Shown: positions 25,901-42,163, numbered from the stretch's first letter. The stretch: DNA of 64,000 nucleotides from the human T2T-CHM13v2.0 reference genome, Homo sapiens (GCF_009914755.1 NC_060933.1), one strand, 5' to 3'. The notes: a model not told the origin generated them from the letters alone. Program-made: numbers and translations.

Positions 25901-27147
25901 TGTGAAGGTATTTCCTTTTCCACCATGGGCCACAAAGCGCACCAAATGTCCAAATTCAGATTCTACAAATAGAGTCTTTCAAAACTACTCAATCAAAAGA
26001 AAGGTTCTACTCTGTGAGATGAATCCACACATCTCAGTGAAGTTTTTCAGAATGTTTCTGTATAGTTCTTGTGTGAAGATATTTCTTTTTCCACCATTGC
26101 CTCAAAGCGCCAAAAATGTCCACTTGTAGATACTACAGAAAGAGTGTTTCAGAGTTGCTCTTGTCCGATTGCTTCTGTCTAGATTGTATGTGAACATAGT
26201 TCCTTTTCTACCATAGGCCACTAAGTGCTCCAATTGTCCACCTTAAGATTCTTCAAAAAGTGTGTTTCCAAACTGCTCAATCAAAAGAAAGGTTCAACTC
26301 TGTAACATGAAGACACACATCTCAAAGTAGTTTCTCAGAATTCTTCTGTCTAGTTTTTATGTGAAGATATTACATTTTCCACCATTGCCTCAAAGCGCCA
26401 AAAATGTCCACTTGCAGATACTACAGAAAGAGTGTTTCAAAGTGGCTCAATCAAAAGAAAGTTTCAACTCTATGAGATGAATGCACACATCACATAGAAG
26501 TTTCTCAGAATGCTTCTGTCTAGTTATTATGTGAAGATATTTCGTTTTCCACCATAGGCATCAAAGCGCTCCAAATGTCCACTTACAGATTCTACAAAAG
26601 GAGTGTTTCAAAACTGCTCAATCGAAATTAAGGTTCCACTCTGCGAGATGAATGCACACATCACAAAAACTTTGTCAGATTGCTTCTGGCTAGTTTTGTG
26701 TGAAGATATTTCCTTTTCCACCACAGGCCTCAAAGCTCTCCAAATGTCCACTTGCAGATTCTACAAAAGGAGTGTTTCAAAACTGCTCTATCGAAAGTTA
26801 AGTTCAACTCCATGAGATAAATGGCAACTCCATGAGATAAATGACAAATAAGCTTGTCAGAATGCTTCTGCCTAGTTTTAATGTGAAGATATTTCCTTCT
26901 CCACCATAGGCCGCAAAGTGCTCCAAATGTCCACTTGCAGATTCTACAAAATGAGAGTTCTCAAAACTGCTAAATTAAAATAAAGTTTCAGCTCTGTGAG
27001 AGGAATGCACACATCACAAAGCAGTTTCACAGAATGCTTCCATCTAGTTCTTAAATGAAGATATTTCCTTTTCCACCATAGGCCAAAAAGCGCTCCAAAT
27101 GTCCACTTGCAGATATTACAAAAAGAGCTTTTCAAAACTGCTCAATG

Positions 27148-29022
<1,875 letters not shown>

Positions 29023-32000
29023 AAAACTGCTCAATGAAATAAAGGTTCAACTCTGTGACATGAATGCACACATCAGGAAGAAGTTTCTCAGAATATTTCT
29101 GAATCATTTTTATGTGAAGATATTTCCTTTTCCACCATTGGCCTCAAAGCGCTCCAAATCTGCACATGCAGATTCTAAAAAAAGAGTGTTTCAAAGCTGC
29201 TCAATCAAAAGAAAGGTTCAACACTCTGAGATGAATGCACACGTCACAAAGAAGTTTCTCAGAATGCTTCTGTCTAGTTTTTATGTGAAGATATTTCCTT
29301 TTCCACCATTGGCCTCAAAGCACTCCAAATGTCCTCTTGCATATTCTACAAAAAGAGTGTTTCAAAGCTGCTGAATCAAAAGAAATGTTCAACTCTGTGA
29401 GATGAATGCACCCATCACAAAGAAGTTTCTCAGAATGCTTCTGTCTAGTTTTTATTTGAAGATATTTCCTTTTACACCATAGGCCTCAAAACGCTCCAAA
29501 TGTAAACATCCAGATCGTACAAAAAAAGTTTTTCCAAACTGCTCCATCAAAATAACGGTTTAACTCTGTGAGATGAATGCACACATCACAAAGAATTTTC
29601 TCTGAATGATTCTGTCTAGTTTTTACGTGAATATATTTCCTTTTCCACCATAGGACTCTAAGCGCTCCAAATGTCCAATTCTAGATGCTACAAAAAGAGT
29701 GTTTCAAAGCTGCTGAATCAAAAGAAAGGTTCAAATCTGTGAGATGAATGCATGCACACATCACAAAGAGTTTCTCAAAACACTTCTCTCTAGTTTTTAT
29801 ATGAAGATATTTCCTTTTCCTCCATAGGACTCTAAGTACTCCAAATGTCCAATTCTAGACACTACAAAAAGAGTGTTTAAAAATTGCTCAATCGAAAGTA
29901 AGTTTCAACCCTGTGAGATGAATGCACACATCACAAAGAGGTTTTTCAGAATGTTTCTGTCTAGTTTTTATGTGAACATATTTCCTTTTCCACCATAGGC
30001 CTCAAAGCGCTCCAAATGTCCGCTTGCAGATTCTACGAAAAGAGTGTTTCAAAACTGCTCAATCAAAAGAAAGGTTCAACTCTGTGAGATGAATGCACAC
30101 ATCACAAAGAAGTTTCTGAGAATGCTTCTGTCTAGTTCTTAAGTGAAGATATTTCCTTTTCCACCATTGGTCCCAAAGCACTCCAAATGTCCACTTCCGG
30201 ATTCCACAAAAAGAGAGTTTCCAAACTACTCAATCAAAAAAAGGTTCACCTCAGTGAGATGAATGCACACATCACAAAGAAATTTGCCAGAATTCTTCTG
30301 TCTAGTCTTTATATGAAGATATTTCCTTTTCCACCATAGGCCCCAAAGGGCTGCAAATGTCCACTTGCAGATCCTGCAGAAAGAGTGTTTCAAAACTGCT
30401 CAATCAAAAGAAAGGTTCAACTCTGTGAGATGAATGCACATTTCACAAAGAAGTTTCTCAGAATTCTTCTGTCAGGTTCTTAAGTGTAGATATTTCCTTT
30501 TCCACCACAGGACTCAAAGCTCTCCAAATGTCCCCTTGCAGATTCTACAAAAAGAGTTTCCAAACCACTCTATCAAAAGAAAATTTCAACGCTGTGAGAT
30601 AAATGCACATATCACAAAGAAGATTCTCAGAATGCTTGGGTCTAGTTATTATGTGAAGATATTACCTTTTCAACAATAGGCCTCAAAATGCTCCAAATTT
30701 CCACATGCAGATTCTACAAAAAGAGTGTTTCAAAGCTGTTCAATCAAAAGAAAGCTTCAACTCTGTGAGATGAATGCTCACATCACAAAGAAATTTCTCA
30801 GAATGCTTCTGTCCAGTTTTTATGTGAAGATATTTCCTTTTCCAGCATAGGCGTCAAAACGCTCCAAATGTCCACTTACAGATCCCACAAAAATAGTGTT
30901 TCAAAACTGCTCAATCAAAAGAAAGGTTCACCTCTGTGAGATGAATGCACACATCACAAATAATATTCTCAGAATAATTCTGTCTAGTGTTTATGTGCAG
31001 ATATTTCCTTTTCCACCATAGTCCTCAAAGCACTCCAAATGTCCAATTGCAAATCCTACAAAAAGAGTGTTTCAAAACTGCTCAATCGAAGGTAGGGTTC
31101 AACTCTGTGAGGTGAATTCTCACATCAAAAAAAGTCTGTCAGAATGCTTCTGTCTAGTTTTCATATGAAGATGTTTCCTTTTCCACCGTAGGCCTCAAAG
31201 CACTCCAAATGTCCACATGCGGGTTCTATAAAAAGAGTGTTTCCAAACTGCTCAAGCAAAAGAAATGTTCAACTCTGTGATATGAAAGCACACATCACAA
31301 AGAAGTTTGTCAGAATGCTTCTGTCTAGTTTTCATGTATAGATGTTTTCTTTTCCACCATAGGCTGCAAAGCGCTCCAAATGTCTACTTGCAGATTCTAC
31401 AAAAAGATTGTTTCAAAACTGCTCAATGAAAAGAAAGTTTCAACTCTGTGAGATGAACGCACACATCACAAAGAAGTTTCTCTGAATGCTTCTGTCTAGT
31501 TCTTAAATGAAGATATTTCCTATTCCACCACAGGACTCAAAGGGCTCCTAATGTCCACTTGCAGATTCTACAAAAAGAGTGTTTAAACCTGCTCAATCAA
31601 AAGAAATGTTCAACCCGGTGAGATGAATGCACACAACACAAAGGATTTTCTATGAATGATTCTGTCTAGTTTTTATGTGAACATATTTCCTTTTAAGCCA
31701 TAGGCTTCAAAGCGCTTCAAATGTACACTTGCAGATTCCACAAAAAGAGTTTTTCAAAACTGCTCAATGGAAAGAAAGGTTCAAATCTGTGAGAAGAATG
31801 CACACATAACAAAGAAGTTTATCAGAATGTTTCTGTATAGTTTTTATGTGAAGGTATTTCGTTTTCCACCATAGGCCTCAAAGAGCTCCAAATGTCCACA
31901 TGCAGATTCTACAAAAAGAGTGTTTCAAAGCCGCTCAATCAAAAGAAAGGTTCAACTCTGTGAGATGAATGCACAAATCACAAAGAAGTTTGTCAGAATG

Positions 32001-35000
32001 CTTCTGTCTAGTTTTTATGTGAAGATATTTCCTTTTCTACCATAGGCTGCAAAGCGCACCAAATGTCCAAATTCACATTCTACAAAAAGAGTCTTTCAAA
32101 ACTGTTCAATCAAAAGAAAGGTTCAACTCTGTGAGATGAATCCACACATCTCAGTGAAGTTTTTCAGAATGTTTCTGTATAGTTTTTATGTGAAGCTATT
32201 TCCTTTTCCACCATTGCCTCAAAGCGCCAAAAATGTCCACTTGCAGATACTACAAAAAGAGTGTTTCAAAGTTGCTCAATCAAAAGAAAGTTGAAATTCT
32301 GTGAGATGATTGCATATATTACATATAAGTTTCTCAGAATGCTTCTGTCTAGTTTTGTGTGAAGATATTTCCTTTTCCACCACAGGCCTCAAAGCTCTCC
32401 AAATGTCCACTTGCAGATTCTACAAAAAGAGTGTTTCAAAACTGCTCAATCGAAAGTAAGGTTCAACTCTTTGAGATGAATGCACCCATCACAAATAAGC
32501 TTGTCAGAATGCTTTTGTCTAGTTTGTATGTGAAGATATTTCCTTTTCCACCGTCGGCTGCAAAGCACTCCAAATGTCCACTTGCAATTTCTAGAAAAAG
32601 AGTTTTTCAAAACTGCTCAATTAAAATAAAGTTTCAGCTCTGTGAGAGGAATGCACACATCACAAAGCAGTTTCACAGAATGCTTCCGTCTACTTCTTAA
32701 ATGAAGATATTTCCTTTTCCACCATAGGCCCAAATGCGCTCCAAATGTCCACTTGCAGATTCTACAAAAAGAGAGTTTCTAAGCTACTCAATCAAAAGAA
32801 AGGTTCAACTCTGTGAGATGAATGCACACATCACAAAGAAGTTACTCAGAATGCTTCTGTCTACTTCTTAAGTGAAGATATTACCTTTTCCACCTTAGGC
32901 CCCAAAGCACTCCTAATGTGCTCTTGCAGATCCTACAAAAAGAGAATTTCCAAACTACTCAACCAAAAGAAAGGTTCAACTCTGTTAGATGAATGCACAC
33001 ATCACAAAGTAATTGGTCAGAATGCTTCTGTCTAGTTTTTATGTGAACATATTTCCTTTTCAACCATAGGCCTCAAATCGCTTCAAATGTACAATTGCAC
33101 ATTCCACAAAAAGAGTTTTTCAAAACTGCTCAATGAACAGAAAGGTTCAACTCTATGAGATGAATGCACACATCACTAAGAAGTTTGTAAGAATGTTTCT
33201 GTATAGTTTTTATATGAAGATATTTCCTTTTCCACTATAGGCCTCAAAGCGCTCCAAATGTCCACATGCAGATTCTACAAAAAGAGTGTTTCAAAGCTGC
33301 TCAATCAGAAGAAATGCTCAACGCTATGAGATGAATGCATACATCACAAAGAAGTTTCTCAGAATTCTTCTGTCTAGTTTTTATGTGAAGATATTTCCTT
33401 TTCCACTATAGGCCACAAAGTTCTCCAAATGTCCACTTGCAGATTCTACAAAAAGAGTGTTTCCAAACTGCTCAATCAAAAGAAAGGTTCTACTCTGTGA
33501 GATGAACTCACACACCACAAAGAAATTTCTGAGAATTCTTCCGTCTAGTTTTTATGTGAAGATGTTTCCTTTTCCACCATAGGCCTCAAAGAGCTCAAAA
33601 TGTCCAGTTGCTGATTCTACAAAAAGAGAGTTTCAAAAGTGCTCCATCACAGGAAATGTTTAACTCTGTGAGATGTATGCACACATCAAAAAGAAGTTTC
33701 TCAGATTGCTTCTGTCTAGTTTTTATGTGAAGATATCTCCATTTCCACCATAGGCCTCAAAGCACTCCAAATGTCCACTTGCAGATAGTACAAAAAGGGA
33801 GTTTCAAAACGGCTCAATTAAAAGTAAGGTTCAACACTGTGAGGTGAATACACATATCACAAAGAAGTTTATCAGAATGCTTCTGTCTAGTTTTTATGTG
33901 AAGATATTTCCTTCTCTGCCATTGGCCTCAATGCGCTCCAAATGTCCACTTGCAGATTCTACAAAAAGAGAGTTTCCAAACTAGAAAATCAAAAGAAAGT
34001 TTCAACTCTGTGAGATGAATGCACTCATCACAAAGAAGTTTCTCACAATACTTCTGCATAGTTGTTACATGAAGATATTTTGTTTTCCATTACACTCCTC
34101 AAAGTGCTCCAAATGTCCACTTGCAGATTCTACAAAAAAAGCATTTCAAAGCTGCTCAATCAAAAGAAAGGTTCAACTCTGTGAAAAGAATGCACACATC
34201 ACAAAGAAGTTTCTCAGAATGTTTCTGTCTACTTCTTATGTGAAGATATTTCCTTTTCCACCATAGGCCTCAAAGTGATCCAAATGTCCACTTGCAGATC
34301 CTTCAAAAAGATTTCCAAACTAGTCAATCAAAAGAAAGTTTCAACTCTGTGAGATGAATGCACATATAACAAAGACATTTCTAAGAATCCTTCTGTCTAG
34401 TTTTTATGTAAAGATATATACTTTTACACCATAGGCATCAACGCACTCCAAATGTCCACTTGTACCTAGTACAAAAAGGATGTTTCAAACCTGCTCAATC
34501 AACAGTAAGGTTCAACTCTGTCAGATGAATGCACACATCACAAAGTATTTTCTCAGAATGATTCTTTGCACTTCTTAAGTGAAGATATTTCCTTTTCCAC
34601 CAGAGGCCTCAGAGCCCTCCAAATGTCCACTTGCAGATACTGCAAAAAGAGTGTTTCCAAACTGTTCAATCAAAAGAAAGGTTCAAATCTTTGAGATGAA
34701 TATACACATCATGAAGAAGTTTCTCAGAATGTTTCTGTCCATGTTTTATGAGCAGATATTTCCTTTTCCACCATAGACCTCAAAGCACACCAAGTGTCCA
34801 CTTGTAGATTCTACAAAAAGAGTGTTTCAAAACTGCTCATTGAAAAGAAATGTTCAACTATGTGAGATGAATGCACACACCACAAAGAAGTTTCTCAGAA
34901 TGTTCTGTCTAGTTCTTAAGTGAAGATATTTCCTTTTACACCATAAGCCTCAAAGTGCTCCAAATGTCCACTTGCAGATTGTACAAAAACAGTGTTTCAA

Positions 35001-38000
35001 AACTGCTCAATGGAAAGAAAGGTTCAATTCTGTGAGATGAATGCAAACAACACAAAGAAGTTTGTCAGCATGCTTCTGTCTAGTTTTTATGTGAAGATAT
35101 TTCCTTTACCACCATATGCCACAAAGTGCTCAAATGTCCCTTTGCAGATTCTACAAAAAGAGTGTTTCAAACTGCTCAATCAAAAGAAAGTTCAACTCTG
35201 TGAGATGCATGCACACATCCCAAAAAAATTTCCCAGAATAATTCTGTGTAGTTTTTCTGTGAAGATATTTCCTTTTCCACCGTAGGCCCCAAAGAATTCC
35301 AAATGTCCACTTGCAGATTCTACCAAAAGAGTGTTTCAAAATAGATTAATGAAAAGAAATGTTCAACTCTGTGACTTGAAAGCACGCATTCCAAAGAAGT
35401 TTGTGACAATGCTTCTGTCTAGTTTTTATGTGAAGATATTTCCTTTTCTGCCATAGGCCTCAAAGTGCTCCTAATGTCCACTTGCAGATTCTACAAAAGA
35501 GTGTTTCAAAGCTGCTCAATCAAAAGAAAGTTTCAACTCCGTGAGATGAATACACACATCACAAAGAAGTTTCTGAGAATGCTGCTGTCTTGTTGTTATG
35601 TGAAGATATTTCCTTTTCCATAATTGGCTGCAAAGCGCTCCAAATGTCCACTTGCAGATTCTACAAAAAGAGTGTTTCAAAACTGCTCAATCAAAAGAAA
35701 GGTTCAACTCTGTGAGATGAATGCACACATCACAAAGAAGTTTCTCAGAATGTTCTGTCTAGTTCTTAAGTGAAGATATTTCCTTTTCCACCATAGGCCT
35801 CAAAGCGCTCCAAATGTCCACTTGCAGATTGTACAAAAACAGTGTTTCAAAACTGCTCAATGGAAAGAAACGTTCAATTCTGTGAGATGAATGCAAACAA
35901 CACAAAGAAGTTTGTCAGCATGCTTCTGTATAGTTTTTATGTGAAAATATTTCCTTTTCTACCATAGGCCTCAAGGCGCTCCAAAGGTCCACATGCAGAT
36001 CCTACAAAAATAATGTTTCAAAGGTGCTCAATCAAAAGAAATGTTCAACTCTGTGAGATGACTGCACCCATCACGAAGAAGTTTCTCAGAATGCTTCTGT
36101 CTAGATCTTAAGTGAAGATATTTCCTTTTCCACCATAGGCCTCAAAGCGAACAAAATGTCCGCTTGCAGATTCTACAAAAAGAGTGTTTCCAAACTGCTC
36201 AACCAAAAGTAAGATTCAACTCTGTGGGTTGAATGAAAACATCACAAAGAAGTTTCTCAGGATGCTTCTGTCTAGTTCTTATGTGAGGATATTTCCTTTT
36301 CCACCGTAGGCCTAAAAGTGCTCCAAATATCAACTTGCAGATTCTACAAAAAGTGGGCTTCAAAACTTCTCAATCAAAAGTAAGGTTCAATTCCCTGAGA
36401 TGAATGCACACATCACAAAGAAGTTTGTCAGAATTCTTCTGTCTGGTATTTAAGTGAAGATACTTCCTTTTCCACCATATGCCGCAAAGCGCTCCAAATA
36501 TCCACTTGCAGATTCTACAAAAAGAGTGTTTCAAAACTGCTCAATCAAAAGAAAGTTCAACTCTGTGAGATGAATGCCCACATCACAAAGAAATTTCTCA
36601 GAATATTTCTGTCTAGCTTCTCTATGAAGATATTTCCTTTTCCACCATAGGCCTCAAAGTGTTCCAAATGTCCACTTGCAGATTCTACAAAAAGAGTGTT
36701 TCAAAGCTGCTCAATCAAAAGAAATGTTCAACTCTGTGAGATTAATGCATACATCACAAACAACTTTCTCAGAATGCTTCTGTCTAGTTATTATGTGAAG
36801 ATATTTCATTTTTCACCTTAGGCCTCAAATCACTCCAAATGTCCACTTGCAGATGTTACAGAAAGAGTGTTTGAAAACTACACAATCGAAGGAAAGGTTC
36901 AACTCTCTGAGATGAATGCACACATCACAAAGAATTTGTCAGAATGCTTCTGTCTAATATTTATGGGAAGATATTTCCTTTTCCACCATAGGCCTCAAAG
37001 CGCTCAAAATGTCCACTTGCAGATGCTACAAAAGGAGAGCTTCCAAACTATTCACTCAAAAGAAATGATCAACTCTGTGAGATGAATGCATACATCACAA
37101 AGTAATTTGTCAGAATGCTTCTGTCTAATTTTTATGTGAACATATTTCCTTTTCCACTGTAGGTCTCAAGCCACACAAAATGTCCATTTGCAGATAGTAC
37201 CAAAAGGGTTTTTCAGAACTGCTTAATCAAAAGTAAGGTTCAACTCTGTGAGATGAATGCACATATCGCAAATAGGTTTGTCAGAATGCTTCCACCTAGT
37301 TTTTTTGTGAAGATATATCCTTTTCCACCTCAGGCCTCAAAGAGCTCCGCATGTCCCCTTACAGATTCTACAAAAAGAGTGTTTCAAAACTGCTCAATGA
37401 AAAGAAAGGTTCAACTCTGTGAGATGAATGCACACATCCCAAAGAAGTTTCTCAGAATGCTTCTGTGTAGTTTTTAGGTGAAGATATTTCCCTTTCCACC
37501 ATAGGCCCCAAAGCGCTCCAAATATCCACTTGCAGATACTACAAAAAGTGTTTTTCAAAACTGCTGAATCCAAAGAAATGTTCAACTTTGTGAGATGAAT
37601 GCACACATCAGAAAGAAGTTACACAGACTGCTTCTGTGTTGTTTTTAGGTGAAGATATTTCAGTTTCCACCATAGGTCTTGAAGCCCTCCAAATATCCAC
37701 TTGCTCATTCCACAAAAAGTGTGCTTCAAATCTGCTCAATCAAAAGAAAGTTTCAATTCTGTGAGATGAATGCACACATCACAAAGTAGTTTCTCAGAAT
37801 GCTTCTGTCCAGTTTTTATGTGAAGATATTTCCTTCTCCACCATAGACCTTAAGGCGTTCCAAATATCCACTTGCAGATTTTACAAAAAGAGTGTTTCAA
37901 ACTGCTCAATCAAAAGAAAGGTTCAACTCTGTGTGTTGAATGCACAAATCACAAAGAAGTTTCTCAGAATGCTTCTGTGTAGTTTTTATGTGAAGATATT

Positions 38001-39711
38001 TCCTTCTCCACCGTAGACCTTAAAGCACTCCAATTATCCACTTGCAGATCGTACAAAAAGAGTGTTTCAAATGGCTCAATCAAAAGAAAGGTTCAACTCT
38101 GTGAGCTGAATGCATAAATCACAAAGAAGTTCTCAGAATGCTTCCATCCAGTTTTTATGTGAAGATGTTTCCTTTTACCACCATTGGCCACAAAGCGCTC
38201 CAAATATCCACTTGCAGATTCTACAAAAAGTGTTTCAAAACTGCTCAATCAAAAGAAAGGTTCATCTCTGAGACATGAATGCACACATCACAAAGGAGTT
38301 TCTCAGAAGGCTTCTGTCTAGTTTTTATGTGAAGATATTTCCGTTTCCACTATAGGCCGCAAAGCGCTCCAAATATCCACTTGCAGATTCTACAAAAAGA
38401 GATTTTCCGAACTCCTCAATCAAAAGAAAGTTTAAACTCTGTGAGTTGAATGCACACATCACAAAGAAGTTTCTCAGAATGCTTCTGTCTAGTTTTTAAT
38501 TGAAGATACTTCCTTTTCCACCATTGAGCTCAAAGCACTCCAAGTATCCACTTGCAGATTCTACAAAAAGAGTGTTTCAAAACTGCTCAATCAAAACAAA
38601 GTTTCAACTCTGTGAGATGAATGCACACATCACAGAGAAGTTTCTCAGAATGCTTCTGTCTAGTATTTATGTGAAGATATTTCCTCTTCTACAATAGGTC
38701 TCAAACCACTCCAAATATCCACTTGCAAATACTACAAAAAGATTGTTTCAAAACTGCTCAATCAAAAGAAATCTTCAACTATGTGAGTTGAATGCACACA
38801 TCACAAAGAACTTTCTCAGAACGCTTCTGTGTAGTTTTTATTTGAAGATATTTCCTTTTCCACCACAGGCCCCAAACTGATCCAAATATCCACATGCAGA
38901 TCCTTCAAAAGAAGTGTTTCAAAACTGTTCGATCAAAAGAAAGGTTCAATTCTGTGAGATGAATGCACACATCACAAAGAAGTTTCTCAGAAGGCATTTG
39001 TGTAGTTTTTATGTGAAGATGTTTCCTTTTCCTCCATAGGCCTCAAATCGCTCCCGATGTCCACTTGCAGATTCTACAAAAAGAGTGTTTCAAAGCTGCT
39101 CAATCAAAAGAAATGTTCAGCTCTGTGAGATGAATGCACACATCACAAAGAAGTTTCTCAGAATGCTTCTGTCTAGTTTTTAAGAGAAGATATTTCCCTT
39201 TCCTCTAGAGGTCCCAAAGTCCTCCAACTTTGCAGATACTACAAAAAGAGTGTTTCAAAACTGCTCAATCAAAAGAATATTTCAACTCTGTGAGTTGAAT
39301 GCACACATCACAAAGAAGTTTCTCAGAATGTTTCTGTCTAGTTTTTATGTGAAGATATTTCCTTTTCCACCATAGGCCCCAAAGCACTCAAAATATCCAC
39401 TTGCAGATTCTACAAAAACAGTGTTTCAGAACTGCTCAATCAAGAGAAACATTCAACTCTGTGAGATGAATGCATAGATCACAGAGGAGTTTCTCAGAAT
39501 GCTTCTGTCTGGTTTTGATGTGAAAATATTTACTTTTCCACCATAGAATGTAAAGCGCTCCAAATATCCACTTGCAGACACTACAAAAAGAGTATTTCAA
39601 AAGTGCTAAATCAAAAGAAAAGTTCAACTCTGTGAGGTGAATGCACACATCACAAAGAAGTTTCTCAGAATGCTTCTTTCTTGTCTTTATGTGAAGATAT
39701 TTCCTTTTCCA
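29023..39711 (-). repeat. Alpha satellite, diverged monomeric, no CENP-B boxes (right segment)
   Basis: Same ~171-bp periodicity, resuming in phase after the L1 TSD and ending at '...gatatttccttttcca'. Confidence 0.99.
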
Positions 39712-39810
39712 TTCAGAACCTCGTAGCAGTGTTCTGTAATCCTGTGTGAGGGACAAACACTCAGAATCCAGCCACTGTGTACTGGAATCCTATCTGAGGG
39801 CACACATTTA
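39712..39810. repeat. Two ~48-bp SATR1/SATR2-like satellite units
   Basis: 'gtgttctgtaatcctgtgtgagggacaaacactcagaatc' followed by 'gtgtactggaatcctatctgagggcacacatt'. Confidence 0.75.
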
Positions 39811-41354
39811 AAATCCAGATGTAGTCTCCTTGCTTTAGTGAATACACTTATCTCCTTTTCCTGCTATACATTTAGGCAAATTATTTTTCTGTATCTTAAA
39901 TAAATGGTAAATACCTGAAATTTCTTACTTTTTCCAGGCACAGTGTCTTCACTATGTAGCTGTAGAAGTATAACTATTTTTGTCTGTGTCACAATTTTGT
40001 ACTCAGGAACCCTGGCCATGTCACTAGCCAAATGGACATAACTTATGGAATACATGGACAGCATCCGGTTGATATGCTCTAGAGAAAAATAGCAGCTACC
40101 ATAGACTTCAGGAAAGACACATCGAGCAAATGACAAAAATGTGGGTTTCCTACCTTCAGGGAGTCTAAGAATGCAGTAGAAAGTGATGTGGAGCAAACAT
40201 CTTTCAAATGGAAGGAAGGGATAGGGAAAGGAAGACTGTTAGAGGCTCTTTTGAATGTTAGAGGCAACATAAAACATATTTGGATGTGTATTCTAAATAA
40301 AATGCAAATGTCAAGAAGGATGTCAGCTGTGAGTGGGACTCAGAGAAAGAGAAACGTTTTGGACTACAGAGGCCTGCAGTACAAGTGGATCTACAATTTT
40401 GTTTAGGGAATCCAATGCCTCAGGTATCTATGAGAGGCAGAATTTTCCTATGGAGCCAGCGGCAAGGCTCCAGAGGAGAAATACAGTACAAGCCACTTTA
40501 TTTTGGAGTAAAAGCCTTTTGTACAAAAATTACCCGCCCCCTCCTTTTTTGAGAAACAATTTCACATTGGGATACTAATAAGAAGGAATGCTCAGTCATG
40601 AATAAGGGTGACCCCGTTGTGATCTGAGCATTATAGGATCATAGTAACTACAACCAGTCTTCCATCATTCCATGGAAATTGCATGTATGCCACGTTGCCT
40701 TCTCAGTTTCCAAGGGACCAATTAATGAACAGGCTACTCACATTTTCAGCATCCTACTCCTGACACACTCCCACCCTTCTTTCTATTTATCTGTGATTCA
40801 TAGAGATTTGCCTATGACTGGATTCCTGAGGAGAAAAAAGTCTGGATTACAGATGGCATTCCTTGTTATGGAAGGCCCTTCCTTCTGAAAGTCTATTTCT
40901 ATCATGTTCTTTCCCTGTGCTGTCAAAGGGTCACCCCTTTGTACAAAGGAGAAGAGAAATCCATCAAGTAAATAAAATTTCATTTACCTTTGTAAAAAAT
41001 ATTTCTACCAATTCACGTGGAGGACCTTATGGTTTGGTCCAATAATCAGAGATTTGAAAGAACCTGATATTGTTGGCCAGCAGATTAGAAAAGAGTTATT
41101 AGAGAGAGATGGCTCAAGTGATAATAACTCTGTGCCTTGTGAATGCTCACCTAAACCAAAGATCACTGAAGATAATGTATTTTACCATAATGTTTTAATC
41201 TCAGGTAAATGCCAATTAGGAGACAAACACTTGTTTATCTCCTGATTGGTATTGATCTGAATTAAGCTGTCTGCCATTTGGAGAAATTTAAATGCTATTT
41301 TAAACACACAGTCTTGTTACTTGAGTTATTTATGATCTTAAGCGGCTCCCCCCC

Positions 41355-41827
41355 TTTTGTGGGTTAGATTGTGTCTTCAAAAAGAAAATATATATATTAG
41401 AGTTCTAGCCCCTGATGTCTGTGAGTATGACTTAATTTGAAATCAAATTATTTGCAGATGCTGTATAATTATGATATGCTAGATGAGCTCATAATGCATT
41501 AGAGTGGGCCATAATTCAATATGGTTGATATCCTCATAAGAAGGGAAGAGGAAACAGAGACGCAGGGAGGAGATGGCAATGTGAGGATGGAGGTAGAGAA
41601 TAAAGTGAGGTATCCTCCAGCCAAGCAATGACAATGAAGCTCAGTGATCACCCGGTGCTAGAAGAAGCAAGAAAGGATTTTTTTCCAGGTCATTCAGAGA
41701 AAAATGCAGCACTGCTAACTCCTTCATTTAAGATTTCTAGCTTTCTGAACCGTAAAAGAATAACTTTATCTCATTTTAAGCGACCTAATGTGAACCACTT
41801 TGTCACAGCAGATATAGGAAATTACAC
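41355..41827 (+). mobile_element. MaLR LTR (MLT1B/C-like)
   Basis: 'gggttagattgtgtc...ttatttgcagatg...cctcataagaaggg...gctagaagaagcaagaaaggatt...ttttaagcgacctaatgtg...tttgtcacagcag'. Confidence 0.8.
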
Positions 41828-41834
41828 CTCCTTA

Positions 41835-41915
41835 AAGAATGCAGAATCCTGGCCCGTGCTTGCCTCATACCTATTGAATGAGAATCTAAGGGCTCTAGAA
41901 TCTGCATTTTGAAAC
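41835..41915. mobile_element. MER5A-like DNA transposon fragment
   Basis: 'aatgcagaatcctggccc...cctattgaatgagaatct...gaatctgcatttt'. Confidence 0.5.
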
Positions 41916-41939
41916 TAATACATAATACACAAAGAGAAC

Positions 41940-42120
41940 TCACTAAGTACTCTACATGCACTTCATCCTCACAAGCCATGAAGTAGTTTACTATTATAAT
42001 TCTCATTTTACATATGGGAAACTGGAGCATGAAAAGATTAAGTAATTTGCCTACAGTCACTCACATAACCAGAAAGTGGAAGAGCTGGGATTCAATCCCA
42101 GTTCCAGACATCCTGATATC
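41940..42120 (-). mobile_element. MIR SINE
   Basis: MIR core 'catcctcacaa...ctcattttacatatgggaaactg...ttaagtaatttgcctacagtcac...gagctgggattcaatccca'. Confidence 0.8.
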
Positions 42121-42163
42121 CTGGTTTCAGACACCACACACTTAGCAACTATTACACACTTAG

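Larger units (their letters stand above)
5521..27147 (-). repeat. Alpha satellite, diverged ~171-bp monomers (left segment)
   Basis: Continuous ~171-bp periodicity with 'catcacaaagaagtttctgagaatgcttctg' and 'tccacttgcagattctacaaaaagagtgtttc', the reverse complement of the alphoid consensus. Confidence 0.99.
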
